A stretch of DNA of 64,000 nt from Octopus bimaculoides (Eukaryota), in contig NC_068990.1 of assembly GCF_001194135.2 (NCBI RefSeq), forward strand, positions 33,439,633-33,503,632. The letters run 5' to 3'. How positions within the stretch are numbered: position 1 is the first letter of the stretch; each line of letters begins with the position of its first letter. Below the pieces are notes generated by a model. It was not told the DNA's origin. It made no database searches and was given only the letters and a program-made list of their open reading frames with translations. Positions 13,519 to 26,595 of the stretch are shown here, in pieces. Both the position numbers and the translations under genes were made by a program.

Positions 13519-13920
13519 TATATATTACAGGATAGCTTGTAGCAGTGGACAAGAGAAGTTTGAGCGAGAGAAGAGAGAGAGAGGGAAGAGCTTAAATAAA
13601 GGATTACAGGTGTTGGTTGTATAAGGATTTGATGAGAGAAACAGCTTTCTGGTGGCAGACCAAGATTAACCAATCAATAGAAGCATTGGTGGGAAAAGAC
13701 GTCTACCATTGAAAGACTCCAGCCAATATCAACTTCATAGGGAGAAGAAGGAAGAGGTGGTTAAGTTGAACCACTATGATTAGTGACTGCTGAACGGTTA
13801 GCCAACAGGATTATAAACACCAAGACAAAAATGTGACCTAATTCATACTTGGATCTGTGTTGAAAATATAGATCACAAATGTGACCAAGAAGAAGAAGAC
13901 CACCACTACCACCATCACCA

Positions 13921-14330
13921 TCATCATCATCATCATCATCATCATGATCTAATGTCTTTTCTCCATGCTGGCATAGGTTGGACGGTTTGGCAGGAGCTGG
14001 CCAGCTGAAGAACTGCCCAGGCTCCATTTGTCTGTTTCAGCGTGATTTCTATGGCTGGTCGCCCTTCCTAATGCCAACAACTTTACAGAGTGGCACCAGT
14101 ATGGTCGCTTTTACATGACATTGGCACTGCTACTTTTATGTGGCACTGGCATGGGTGCTTTTATGTGGCATCAGCATCCATGAGCTTACAAAACTAAGAT
14201 CTCTTGGCCGAAAGAGGGATGTAGAGGACATGCCTTTTAGAATGGATGGCCCCAATTTTACTTAGCCTGACATATGTTCTCAAGCACAGCAAACCACCAG
14301 AAGTCTCAGTCCTTTGTCATCTCCTCATCT
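13921..14330 (-). mobile_element. SINE-like family C (GAT-tailed, RTE-like 3' end)
   Basis: Reverse complement ends in ccaacc.atgccagcatggagaaaagacattag..(GAT)n, as in the other family C copies. Confidence 0.75.
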
Positions 14331-14980
14331 GGAGATCCTTTCCACCACTTCATCCCACATCTATCTGAATTGACCCCTTCTGCTTGTCCCCCCTACAATT
14401 AGAGATCAGCACTTCTTGATGCATGGAACCTGGAATACAACGAAGCAAAAATTTAACAGCAGTTTTTTTCAAGATAGGGTCATGGAAAACTAAATACAGT
14501 GGTTTTTGACAGGGACACAATGCTATTCCCTAATCAACATTTTTGTATGTAGGTACACATTATTGCTCCACCCCTAAAATGTTTAAACTTGTAAAGGGCT
14601 CCAAATGCAGATAAGAGTTTAGATGAAAGCAGAAAAGAAGGAGAACGTGTGTAATACTAATATTAATAAATACTGAGTTTAAGCAATTAAAAAGACACAC
14701 ACACCCGTACACACACATAATTAAAATTCTGTGGAAGTAGGTATTTAAATTGAGGTACCTTGCTAGGTTGGTATAATCCACACACCCAAACAGCATTAAT
14801 TGAATAATGAATATCAAGACTCTGTGCAGGGATGTATGTACCTGATATTCACGCCAAGTATGCAGACAATGCAACCCAGCTAGGTGAAGATATCTGCTCT
14901 TGGTAATTCAGCCATGTACTTTTTATAAAGGTACTTTCTATAGTATTTCTGAAATGCAGATTCCAAGTTAGGGGAATAAA

Positions 14981-15192
14981 ATATAAATGAGTAACAAAGA
15001 TGCACAGGTGTCAATTCATTACGGCTGTTTCAAGTGACTCCTTTAATTGATTAATGAAAACATTACATCATTTGAAAGAAACCATTCTTGTCAGAACGAT
15101 TTCTTTCAAATGATGCAATGTTTTCATTAATCAATTAAAGGAATTGCTTGAAACTGCTGTAATGAATTGACACCTGTACAGCTATGTTACCC

Positions 15193-15200
<8 letters not shown>
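14981..15200. repeat. Fold-back element: two 101-bp inverted arms, 18-nt spacer, abutting (TA)n
   Basis: Arm 14981-15081 pairs with 15100-15200 with scattered mismatches. Confidence 0.9.
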
Positions 15201-15232
<32 letters not shown>

Positions 15233-15430
15233 CAAGCTCTAAAATGACAAAAAGGTAAAAAAAAAATCATGGTTAGATTTGAACTTGGTTTCTGAGAAAC
15301 AAAGAAAGATGGCAGCAAACATGGTAATGTGCTATGTTAACCATCTCCTGTTACTCAAAAACATATTTAATAAATCAACAGGGACTGCTATTCACATTGT
15401 TGTGACTATTTAGAATATAAAATTTGGAAG

Positions 15431-15642
15431 GTGACAAGCTGGCAGAAATGTTAGCATGCTGGGTGAAATGGCTAGTGGTATTTCGTTTGTCTTTACGTTC
15501 TGAGTTCAAATTCTGCTGAGGTCAACTTTGCCTTTCATTCTTTTGGGGTCGATAAATTAAGTACCAGTTATGTACTGAGGTATATCTAATTGACTGCCCC
15601 CCTCCCCCAAAATTTTGGGCCTTCTGCCTAGAGTAGAAAGGA
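15431..15642 (+). mobile_element. SINE family B (B-box GAGTTCAAATT, ctttcatcctttcggggtcgataaa central domain)
   Basis: Same consensus recurs at about 23350, 26100, 33665, 46645, 47350, 53340, 57985-59280, 61005 and 61440. Confidence 0.85.
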
Positions 15643-16764
15643 ATATGAAGTTTGAACATTTACAACTAACAACTGATTGTTAATTTCATATGTGCATATG
15701 TGTTGTTTATTTTTAGAGATTTCAACTTTGGCTTAGTCAAAACAAATTAATAGTTTAACTTTTTGAATTCTTGATCTTGGTTAGAACACTGAGTTGTTCT
15801 GTCTCTAAGTTTTGTTAAAATTGACAGCATAGTGGTTAGACATACAGTTAATCAAATGACTTCAAATTACATCCAAATGATTTTCAAAGACTTTGTGGTG
15901 ATTTAATTATAATTTGGGTTTTGTTTTGACAATTTGTTCTGAACTAGAAACAATTATCTGTTATTATAATTCTTTGTTTCAAAATCAACAATAGAATTAA
16001 CATCTGAAAACAGCTGAAGTCACAACAAATCAGACATGTAGCTAAGAACTATACAATTATAACAGTAGCTAATTAACCCTTCTCAGCTTAGCTCCAGCTA
16101 ACAAAATGTAAAGAAAACAAGCTAAAGAAAACTTGATAACAAAAACACTTGAAAATATCTCTGAAGCCTTATCTCCTTTAATTCCCTTCATCTGAGTCCA
16201 TTCTAGTTTCACTATTTTACAATGAGATTTACTGTTGTGATACTATTGTAGGATGAATGTAGCAACAATGCCAACAGACACAAATCTAAAAGAGTTAAGC
16301 TATTGATTTGCCCTGCCTAAGCTCAATGCCAAATTTGGGAGAAGACAGGGAATACAGTTAATTGAAGCAATGCCAGTATATAACTAATATTTGCTGATTG
16401 GCTCTAAAATGACAAAAGGAAAAATAAAAAAAAAATAATCATGGCTAGATTTGAACTTGGTTTCTGGGAAACAAGAAAGATGGCCGCAAACACTGTAATG
16501 TGTTGTGTTAACCATCTTCTGTTACTTTGAAATGACTGAAATATTAAAGTTATCTTAGATTATGTAAGATAGCTTTTTGACAAGGCTTTAGAAGATTACT
16601 TGGAAACTAAGAGAAACATAGACATGAGAATACAACACTGAACTAATTATTAATGAGAGACTTCATAAGAAGTTTATTCTATAACTTCACACATTCTTAA
16701 ACACTTCACCTTCAAGAAAGAACTGGACATAACCAACATAATTGCAAACAGGTACCATCAGTTA

Positions 16765-17050
16765 TTTTAACATAGTCACCTGAAGATTTCTCATTCAATA
16801 TATTTTATACATGACTGTTATAATTACTAATAACTACTATTAATTATTCTAACATGAAAATCAGAAAGATTTTAATGCTGTATATTCTGCAAATAATTTT
16901 TGTAGTTACTAACAGCTATTATTAATTATTTCAATATGCTAATCAGAAAGATTTTCATTTAACATATAGTGCAAACAGCCATTATAGTAACTAACAGTTA
17001 TCATCATGTATTTTAACATAGTAATCAGAAATATTTTCACTCAATATAAT
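16765..17050. repeat. Degenerate ~82-bp minisatellite, about 3.5 units
   Basis: Recurring aatcagaaagatttt and tagt(t/a)actaacag motifs at about 82-bp spacing. Confidence 0.7.
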
Positions 17051-18289
17051 TCATTTCCAGTTTTGAATGTCATTGAACATATTCTATCTTGAATACACAA
17101 TTAATTGCAGATTAATCAAATAAGCACAATTCCTTCAATTTCTTATGTAGGCAGACTTCAGACTATTTCATACACCAAGCTATATCCAGATTCCAATGTA
17201 GACACCATTATACATGTTATCAATCTCTTCCTTCAATTCAAAATTAAGTGATATATTCAGACACAACTCAACAACGATATGTAAAGCTTTAGATAAAGAC
17301 CAGGTAAATACATTGTCAATGAAAAGCCTCGCTAGTGTCTATAGAAAACCAGATCTATAATGAATGAATGTAAGTCAACCCTTAACACTGCATATTGGTG
17401 ATATGTCACAGATAGTTTGATAAAGTGTTTAGTTGGGGGCCATGTGACAGTTAATTACTTAACAACAATATTAAAAACACAGACAGTTATGTTTCATATA
17501 TTTTTGCTAAACTAACTTTTACTAAAACATCAATAATCTGGCCACATTCTAGAGATTGTCTGTGATAATTGCCAACATAAACAAGAATTTCCAGTATTTC
17601 ATTGACTCAACTAACAAACTCTTTGCACTATTTTCTAACCTATTATATAACCAGACCTAAGGAAACTAGTTACTACAATTACTACTACTACCATCATTTC
17701 TGCAGTGGCTGCCATTACAACACAAGCTCAACCTGCTAGATATAGCAACAAAATATCCTTTAAACCATACAGTCTTTTAAAATGTTAGACATATTGAATG
17801 GTTTAGTCAAAGGATATGCTAGACTTGAAAAACAAATGTTATGTTAATGACTTGAATGCTTTTGGTCATAGGTCTACTTGATCAGAAGTTACCTAGGGTT
17901 TAATAACAACAACTGTACAACACACATAACTATGAGTACAGGAAATCGAAAGTCTTCAGGTAAAGGCGTGTGGCCTCATGATTAGAATAGTGAACCTATG
18001 GTCATATAGTTATGGGTTCAATTTTAGGATCAGGTGGCATGATATGTCCTTGAGCAAGACACTTAATTTTACATTGTTCCTAAGTAGCAGTAATACCTTG
18101 TGATAGACTGGGTCTCATTCAGTGATGGTGGTCTTGTAGTTTTAGCCTAAACATCTTGAAAGTCTGGATAAGCTCCGGCCTCATGAGACCTGTAGACATG
18201 TGGAAGACTTTATATGCAACTAAACAAATGTAATAACAAACTAAATTATTACAAGTGAAATGCTGAACAGCTGCTAATACCACAATGAA

Positions 18290-18930
18290 TTCACTGCACC
18301 ATGTTAAACTAATAACACCACTGTGCACCACCAGCACCATATTAAACTGAAGTATATAGCAAATATTATCACTAAAATCACTGGTTACACCATGTTAAAA
18401 TTGAAATGCATAATAAATGTTAATATCACAATGTACCGCACAAGCACTGCAATGCAGCATTTGTAGCATATTAAACTTATAACAATACTGTGCACCAACT
18501 GCACAATGTTAAACTGAAATATATAGCAAATATTAACACTAAAGTACCATGTTAAAATTGAAATGCATAATAACTGTTAAAACCACAATGTACTACACAA
18601 ACATTGCAATGCACCGTTTGTAGCATATTAAACTTATAACAATACTGTGCACCAACTGCACAATGTTAAATTGAAATATATAGCAAATATTAACACTAAA
18701 GTACCATGTTAAAATTGAAATGCATAATATAATAACTGTTAATACCACAATGTATCATACAAACACTTTCTATGCCCCACTTGAAGCATATTAAACTAAT
18801 AATATCACTGTGCAGTGACTGTGTCGAGTCAAACTGAAATCCAAAATTACAAACAGTACGATGCACTGGGTGCATGAAGTTAAACTAATAACAACACAGT
18901 GTCTCAAACGTACCATGTTAAACTGATAGC
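18290..18930. repeat. Higher-order minisatellite: ~157-167 bp unit built from ~35-45 bp sub-repeats
   Basis: ttaaa(c/t)tgaa(g/a)tatatagcaaatatt starts at 18342, 18509 and 18666; sub-repeats begin cat(g/a)ttaaa. Confidence 0.85.
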
Positions 18931-20185
18931 ACCAAAGTGCATCAAGTGAAGCAAGTTTAAATATCAAACAACTGATAACAACAAAGAGCAATCACTAGGG
19001 GAATCAGAAATTGAGTTCAACTAGGGTTAGGTAAACAACAGCTTCATTTTAGAAATGCACCAATTTATAGCTGCACCTATTGAGATATGCTAATGCTTGC
19101 ACATAATACACCCACACACATATTCTGTCTGTGTCTTTCAAAGGCAGGGAGATTAAAATCTATCATTTCACAGAATAAATTTTTGTATAAACACACACAC
19201 ACACACATACTCACAGATACATATATCATCATCATTCATATATTCATATGTACATATGTATGTATGATGATGATGAAGACTATGATGAGGATGAGGATGA
19301 TGATGATATTATGAAAGACCTGAATAGTAACACTGACACATGGACTCTGACAGCTATATACTTATAAAACATTAACTCAGGAACATATCACTGTATATAC
19401 ACACTTCATACATATGCATATACATACATACATACATACGTACATACATATATATATATATAGTAGTAACTATGGAAGATTGGTGATATTATTATTATTT
19501 GTATGGGCATAAAAATTGGTAGCGATTTAGCATATAATTTAGTTATTGCAGGTTTACTATTAATACCGATATAATGTACATTGGTTTATGTGTTTCTTTG
19601 TTGTAGTTTTATTAAAGTTAGTGTTTAATCCTGCCTATAAATTGATTGATTAAATGAATGTGGTTACTAAGCTTTCACTTTTATATTATTCTGTGGAAGA
19701 TGGTAGGGATTATAATTTTTGTATGACTTCATGTATTGGTCGCTGTTTAGTTACAAATTTAGAAGTTGGTTGTAATTTACTTATTGAATTTATTTACTGA
19801 TATGGTTGTACATAGGGTAAATGTGTTTGAAAGTTGTGGTTTCTTTGGCTTGCTGGTTCCAAACTACACTTATTTTAGTGCTGTTGACACCACAGGACTG
19901 AATGGTACAGCCCAGATGTCGAAACCAAAATGATATATGTGGGGCAGCTGATGATGGAGTGTTGGATTGTTGGTATGGCTGTTTTTGTATACGTGGAATA
20001 GTATTATAACACATCCTTTTGATTATAGACACACACACACACACACACACACACAAATACATACAGAGATCAGTCAGCTAAACTATTTGCAAAGCAGCTT
20101 TTAAAACTTGGTGAAGGGACAGTTTCTTACATTCAATGCAATATATAATTCAACTCATTCCATTGATCATTTTATGCAGTAAACC

Positions 20186-20575
20186 TTTCCTAATCTTCTT
20201 CATAATTATAAAAATACAGATTACATTGGTGACAGAACTATCCTGGCTCCAAAAAATGTCATGCTATTGAATAAACTACCAGGAGTCTTCACGTATAACC
20301 CAATTGACAGTGTTGTTGATGATTAGGATAGTGTCAACAACCCCATCAAATTCGTTAACTCACTACAGCCACCAGATGCAGCTCCTTATTGTCTTCAGTT
20401 GAAAAGAAGGACTCCTATTATGCCATTACATATTTTGTCTCAACCAAAATTATGCAATATTACAAGATTAATTATGCACAAACCTCATTGACCCAAACAT
20501 TCTCACTGTTTGTAGTAAAGGCTAATGTACCTCGAAATAAAGCAAAAAAGTATTGTTCAGAAAGAAATATTCGCT
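20186..20575 (+). pseudogene. Helitron RepHel Pif1-family helicase C-terminal remnant
   Basis: Translates FPNLLHNYKNTDYIGDRTILAPKN..LLNKLPG..TY..IDSVVDD*DSVNNPIKFVNSLQPP..APYCLQLKRRTPIMPLHILSQPKLCNITRLIM, then ILTVCSKG and KSIVQKEIF in shifted frames. Matches Helitron helicase motifs RAILAPKN, FLNSL.PPG, LCNGTRL, KNIVY.E. Confidence 0.85.
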
Positions 20576-21357
20576 CTTAATGCAACATGAATCCTTCAAT
20601 AACTTCATTTACCATTACTATCATTACATTCAAGAATGAATAAATTATACATATAATAATACTTTCAATGTGTCTCCTGATAAACAGTAAAAGTAATTGC
20701 CTGATCAACAACAGGTTTTACTGCTAGTATATATATATATATTTATATGTATGAGGTGAACCTACTTGGAATAAAAACTGACCTGGATCTTAACACTTAA
20801 TCTGTCCATGCCAGCATAGGAAAATAGCTGTAAAAATTACTATATATATATATATAAGTAGAGTACAACAAGTAATCCATATGAAGTGATGATTGATGTA
20901 AACTTGGCCAGTTCCCAAATTATTGTTCTTTTCAATATTATTTGAAGCACATCCAACATACCTACCAAAATTTCACAGTGTACACAAATAGTTTTTTTAG
21001 ATAGATGAAATGATTGTCTATAAAAGAAAACACCATACACACATACACAAACTTACACACACACACACACACACACAGAGGAATTGAGAGCTAAATGTAG
21101 AGTGACAGATTATTTTAAACATCAGATACATCATTTTAATTATTCATATTTAATAAGAGATCAATGTAAGCACGTACAGACATATATATATATATAATTT
21201 CTTTTAATTAATTAAGAATACCTGTTTGCCATTTACTTTGGTCTAGAACTCTAGGGCTTTGAGGAACTCCTGTAGTAAGCTTGGCAAATAAAATACGTTT
21301 CATATTCTCCACCTTACGTATTGAATTCTGTTTCGTCCATTTATAAAGACAAATGTA

Positions 21358-21422
<65 letters not shown>

Positions 21423-22229
21423 ATATGTATGTGTGCATATATATATGTGTGTGTGTATGTATATATCTGTATATATGTATATTTATATGTATGTATGTAT
21501 GTATACTACTGAAAACTGTTATTAAAATTTCCAGCATATCCAGATTATGAATATGTATTCTTAATTTACAAGTACTTTTATGTCTTATACTAATAATCTT
21601 CAAGTGAACAATGTTATCCTAGTAGTATCAATAAGAGATTACTGTTGCAACTGGTGAATTCTTGTAGCATTGCAGCTTGTGAATAACTTAAACATCATAG
21701 CATCAATAAGAAGATATTATTGCAGTACATATATGTATAGTTATGTAGATATGTACATATGCATTAATAGTATTAGATGAAATATTGGAATAATTAAATA
21801 AGTTGAAAAATGAAAATAATTGTTCTGTCTTCCATAGCAGAAGTGTTAATATTGCTCCACTTGCTGAAGAGAATTGGTCTGCAAGAGCCCTGTGCTGGTG
21901 CCACATCAAAAGCATCTGTGCTAGCTGTACAGAAGAGTGGCACTCTTACAGATTGGGACTACATAAAATACCTGTACTGGTAGCATGTAAAAAGCACCTA
22001 GCACAATCTGTGGAGTGGATGGCATTAGGGAGCACATCTAGCCAAAGAAACCAAACCAAATAAGACTGCAGCCCTCTTGCTTGCCAGCTCTGGTCAAACC
22101 ATCCAACCCATATCAGCATAGAAAACAGATATAAAATGATGATGATGATGATGATGATGATTAACATTGTTTTGAACTATTTTAAGAAATATTTTTCCTT
22201 AATGGACCTCCTAACATCACTCTGTCTGT

Positions 22230-23090
22230 CTATTTTTTTTACATAGAGACTTACAAGGTGAGCTTCTGTATCTGTGGTAGTTGGAGTCTGTGATCACAGA
22301 TGTAACTTGGCCTAAAAAAACACAACAGTTTCAAAATAATGTTAATGAAATTTACCTGGCTGATGAGTTGAACATGATGATCCTTAATTTCAGATCCAGC
22401 AAAATTTCTAATTTGAAGTATTCAGCATTTTGTTCCCATACTGCATCGGGAATTTCCTTTGATATGTGTATATATGGGGAATCTATAAACATTGCTAGTT
22501 TTTCTTTCAAGCTCAATTAGTTAACAGCATTTTCCATTTGTTGCCACTGATGGATGTTTCAATAGCAATTCAATGAGTTGCTGCATTGTAAGATGATCAA
22601 TATTGCTTGGAATTTCTGGATAAAATATGTGATAATTTAATTGTTCTTCTGTAAGGCTCTGCTAGTATTCGCATTCATTTTCGCAATGTCTCTTCCTTAA
22701 TCTCTTTGCTTAGTGATAATCATCTGGTCTTCCTGCATCATTTTAAGGTTGAGATTTCACCTTTAGTTGAATTTTGCATTGCAATATAAGTTGTCAGGAG
22801 CAAAGTTGATAGAATGTTAATATAGCTGTCAAGACGTGTATTTTTTCCTATGGAAGGTATGAAATTTGGTGTTCTAAACTACAGAATCATCGCCATCGTC
22901 ATTATCCTAATCGTCATCTTTGTCAGCAAAAAATCCAACTAATCTTAGTTTCTGACAAAACTTTTGTAGGTGTTCTGTTAATCCATGATTCTTGTTAAAG
23001 TGAAGATATGAGTTTTAATCCATTGTTTTTAAAGCTTTAATTTTCTCTTCCTCTAATTTTCTCTTCACTAGATTTATAATTTTCAGATCT
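22230..23090 (-). pseudogene. Penelope-like retroelement reverse transcriptase N-terminal remnant
   Basis: Minus frames give IINLVKRKL.., LQKFCQKLRLVGFF, FIPSIGKNTRLDSYINIL, NSTKGEISTLK, QEDQMIITKQRD*GRDIAKMN (cf. IIIKPADKGGAIVIMN), PYIHISKEI..EQNAEYFKL..DLKLR (cf. LPKIHK...DLKLRPI). Many stops and frameshifts. Confidence 0.8.
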
Positions 23091-24912
23091 ACTGTGCAAT
23101 TGATTTGCCAATGCTTCTACTGGACAATGGTCCTTTTCCAGGGATGTTTTGCATAACACTAAAAAGGTGAATTCTTTGTTCTTGGATCTATTTTCTCTTT
23201 GGCTAAGTTTATCAACTCACTTATTGCCTCTTTGGAAAGTCTGATTGTCCCTTCAACAAGATTTAAACATGCAAGGATTTTGGAGGCATAGTTTTATTTT
23301 TGTGTGTGTGTACAGGTACATCGACATTACTTTTGTTGAGGCAATTTGATATTGGTTTCAAAATTTGGTACAAGGTCAGCAATTTCAAGTGAGTAGGTAA
23401 GTTGATTACATCGACCCCAGTGCTCAACTGGTACTTACTTTATCGAGCCCAGAAGAAGCAAGGGCAAATTCAGCCTTGACAATATTTGAACTCAGAATGT
23501 TAAGATGGACAAAATGCCACAAAATATTTTGCCCAGCATACTAACGATTCTGTCAGCTTGCCACTTTTGAGGTGATTTAATATTGCTTCCACAGGGTATC
23601 CCAAAAGTCCCTGATGGGTTTTAATTGTTAATAATTCCTTTATTTTGATACAATATAAAGGACATAATGGAAATTAATATGTGCAAGTCAAATTTTGCAA
23701 CACCACTACACCACATGAAAAATGACATTGCTTAAATGGCAGCCATTTTCTGCTTCACACACCTGTGCTCTTTCCAAAACTTGGACCATAACACCCTCAA
23801 GAGTTTGAGACCCCACTTCTCTGATTTCTCTATTGATGTTCTCCTTCATTTGCACCAGGGTCTTTAGTTTGTGATGTAAACCCTCTCTTTCAAGTATCCA
23901 TACAAGGAAATATCTGGGCTAGTCAAGTCCGAAAGGATGAAAGGCAAAGTTGACCTCAGCAGAATGTGAACTCAGAACGTAGTGGCAGATGAAATACCGC
24001 TAAGCATTTCACCTGGTGTGCTAATGATTCTGCCAGTTTGCTGCCTTTAGAAAGCACTGATGATAGTCCATGTAAGAAGCACCCAGTACACTCTGTGGAG
24101 TGGTTGGCATTAGGAAGAGTATCCAGCTGTAAAAACCAAGCCAAAATAGACATTGGAACCTGGTGTGGCCTCTGACCTTACCAATTCCAATTAAGACCAG
24201 CAAATTTGATACCACTGGCCCAAGTACTTGACTAAACATTTATTTCACTAACTCTGAATGGATTAGAGACAAAGTCGACCACAATAGAATTTGAACTCAA
24301 TGTACACAGCTGGAACAAATATTGTGAAGCAATTTTCTCCAATGTACTAACAATTATGCTGATTCACTACCCTTACATGTGAGAAGAAAAATAACAATGA
24401 GAGCAACGTTTTGTAATACTGGCAGAGAGCAAAGACAGTTTAATGGATGGCTGGGAAGTGGTATGATAGACTGACTACACCAGAATAGAACATAAGGAGT
24501 AAGGACAGTTTAGTATGTGAAGAGAAAGAGAGAGAGAGAGTGCTGCAATAGACTGCTCCAACCTCAGAATCTTGGAAGGAGGAAAGGCAATATAGGCATG
24601 AAGGGATTCGAATTTAGAATATAAAGGAATATATAATGGATTCCTGTCAGTTTTGATGATGAGGATTGTTCAATCAACTGGATTACCTGCTCATTGAATT
24701 AGTGTGTAAAGGGGCTAAGTATATATATATATATATGTATATACATACACACATACTTAGTGAAGAAACATGGTCAAGTGGATGGGATGTAACACTCACA
24801 ATCACAAGCTGTTGGTTTTTGATTTCCAGACCAATGGTACATTGTATTCTTGAACAAAATGCTTCATTTAACATTATTCCAATCCAATCAGCTGCAAATG
24901 GGTGACCTTTAG

Positions 24913-25616
24913 CCCTTTAGCATTTAAACTGGCCATATCCAGCCAAAATGTTCTGCCTCTTATGTTCAAACTTTCTAGATCTGGCCTCTCACACCAACTC
25001 TATAATGTCATTCTAAAAGTATACAACCACATCATCAAAATCTAAAAGCTATGAGATAATGTATGACTAATTCAAAACCATTTGGATAAAAAAAGAATTA
25101 TATTATAAGAGCACCATCTGAGCATGATCATTGCCAGAGCAGCAGCTGTCTGGCTTCCATGCCAGTAGCACGTAAATAGCACCATTTGTGCGTGATTGTT
25201 ACCAGCGTCGCCTTCCTGGCACTTGTGCCAGTGGCACGTAAAAAGACATTCGAGCGAGATCGTTGCTAGTGCCGCTGGACTGGCTCCTGTGCAGGTGGCA
25301 CGTAAAAGACACCATTTTGAGCGTGGCAGTTGCCAGTACCGCCTGACTGGCCTTNNNNNNNNNNTGGCAGTTGCCAGTACCGCCTGACTGGCCTTCGTGC
25401 TGGTGGCACGTAAAAGCACCCACTACACTCTTGGAGTGGTTGGCGTTAGGAAGGGCATCCGGCTGTAGAAACTCTGCCAAATCAGATTGGAGCCCGGTGT
25501 AGCCATCTGGTTCACCAGTCCTCAGTCAAATCGTCCAACCCATGCTAGCATCGAAAGCGGACGTTAAACGATGATGATGATGATGATGATTTGAAAGAAT
25601 TACATTTGCTAAAGAG
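24913..25616. mobile_element. piggyBac-type MITE with a nested family C SINE
   Basis: Ends CCCTTTAGCA / TGCTAAAGAG|TTAA; body shared with the copy at about 55875-56062. Confidence 0.6.
25109..25590 (+). mobile_element. SINE-like family C, long form with internal ~60-bp tandem repeats
   Basis: Starts gagcaccatctgagc; repeated tggcacgtaaa units; ends ccaacccatgctagcat..aaagcggacgttaaac(GAT)n. Confidence 0.85.
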
Positions 25617-26055
25617 TTAAAGGATTGACTTCCTATTCAGGGAGTACGTTGCCCTGCTCACCTGATCAGTGGGAAGGCATCATTCAAAAGCTTCAAGTAA
25701 TGCAAGAAAGCGCACTATAACCAGTGATGTATAACCACATCTGATAGTCTGGCCACTACAGTGATGCAGTGATATACACTCAACATAATTCTCTGGCAGA
25801 ATCGGTGTGAAAGTGCGTATGACAAGGCTGGACCTTTTTTTGAGTTAAAGGCACAATCCATTGAACAGGCTTCCATACAGTTTCCATCTACCAATTGGGT
25901 TGTAGTAAATGACACTTGCCCAAAATACCAGGCAGTGGGATCCCGCCCAAGACACTGTAATTGTGAACTGAGCTTAACAATTAGGCCAGGCCTGCAACCG
26001 CTTAAGGAACATAACTGAAAAGATTCTGTCTCATGCTCTACCTCTTCTATCCTCT

Positions 26056-26099
<44 letters not shown>

Positions 26100-26595
26100 T
26101 TTTTCTACTATCGGCACAAGGCCTCAAAATGCAGGGAGGGGGATTAGTTGATAACATCAACCCCAGTACTCAACTACTACTTGTATTATTGATCCCGAAA
26201 GGATGAAAGGCAAAGTCGACCTCAGTGGAATTTGAACTCAGAGCATAAAGACGGACGAAATACTGCTAAGCATTTCGCCCAGCATGCTAATGATTCTGCC
26301 AGCTTGCCACCTTAATAATAATGATAAAAATAATAATGATAATGATAATGATGATAACAACAACAACAATAATAATAAGAAGAATACTGATAATAATGGT
26401 TTCAAATTTTGCCTGTTCCTTTATATAATTATATAATTTATATATATAATTATTTTGTTAATATAATTTAACCACAGGGTTTTATAGCATGTTGGCCACT
26501 TGATATTATCATTTACATGATTTTATCCTTGTTTATATGTATATATATATATATATATGTGTGTGTGTATGTGTGTATATATATATATATATTTA

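Noticed and set aside
15121-15170. TTCAT...GAAAC-TGCT-GT-A-ATGAA inside the fold-back, resembling a hammerhead 3' strand
   Set aside because: The 5' core (TAATCAA) does not fit CUGANGA even allowing known variants, and helix II is not adjacent.
17190-17340. 52-codon minus-strand frame after a plausible acceptor (TLARLFIDNVFTWSL...)
   Set aside because: No recognisable homology or partner exon; such frames are expected by chance.
18290-18930. Repeat-spacer appearance reminiscent of a CRISPR array
   Set aside because: Eukaryotic context, spacers are themselves repeated, and there are no cas genes; it is a minisatellite.
19460-19800. T/G-rich stretch resembling a mitochondrial insertion (NUMT)
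   Set aside because: Translation with the invertebrate mitochondrial code gave no recognisable gene and early stops.
21190-21360. Island between (AT)n runs with two GAAAC motifs on the minus strand
   Set aside because: No matching CUGANGA-like core or helix I could be built.
25325-25395. Apparent extra tandem unit in the family C SINE
   Set aside because: The identical 31-mer flanks a 10-N gap and is absent from the 32421 copy; likely a scaffolding artefact.
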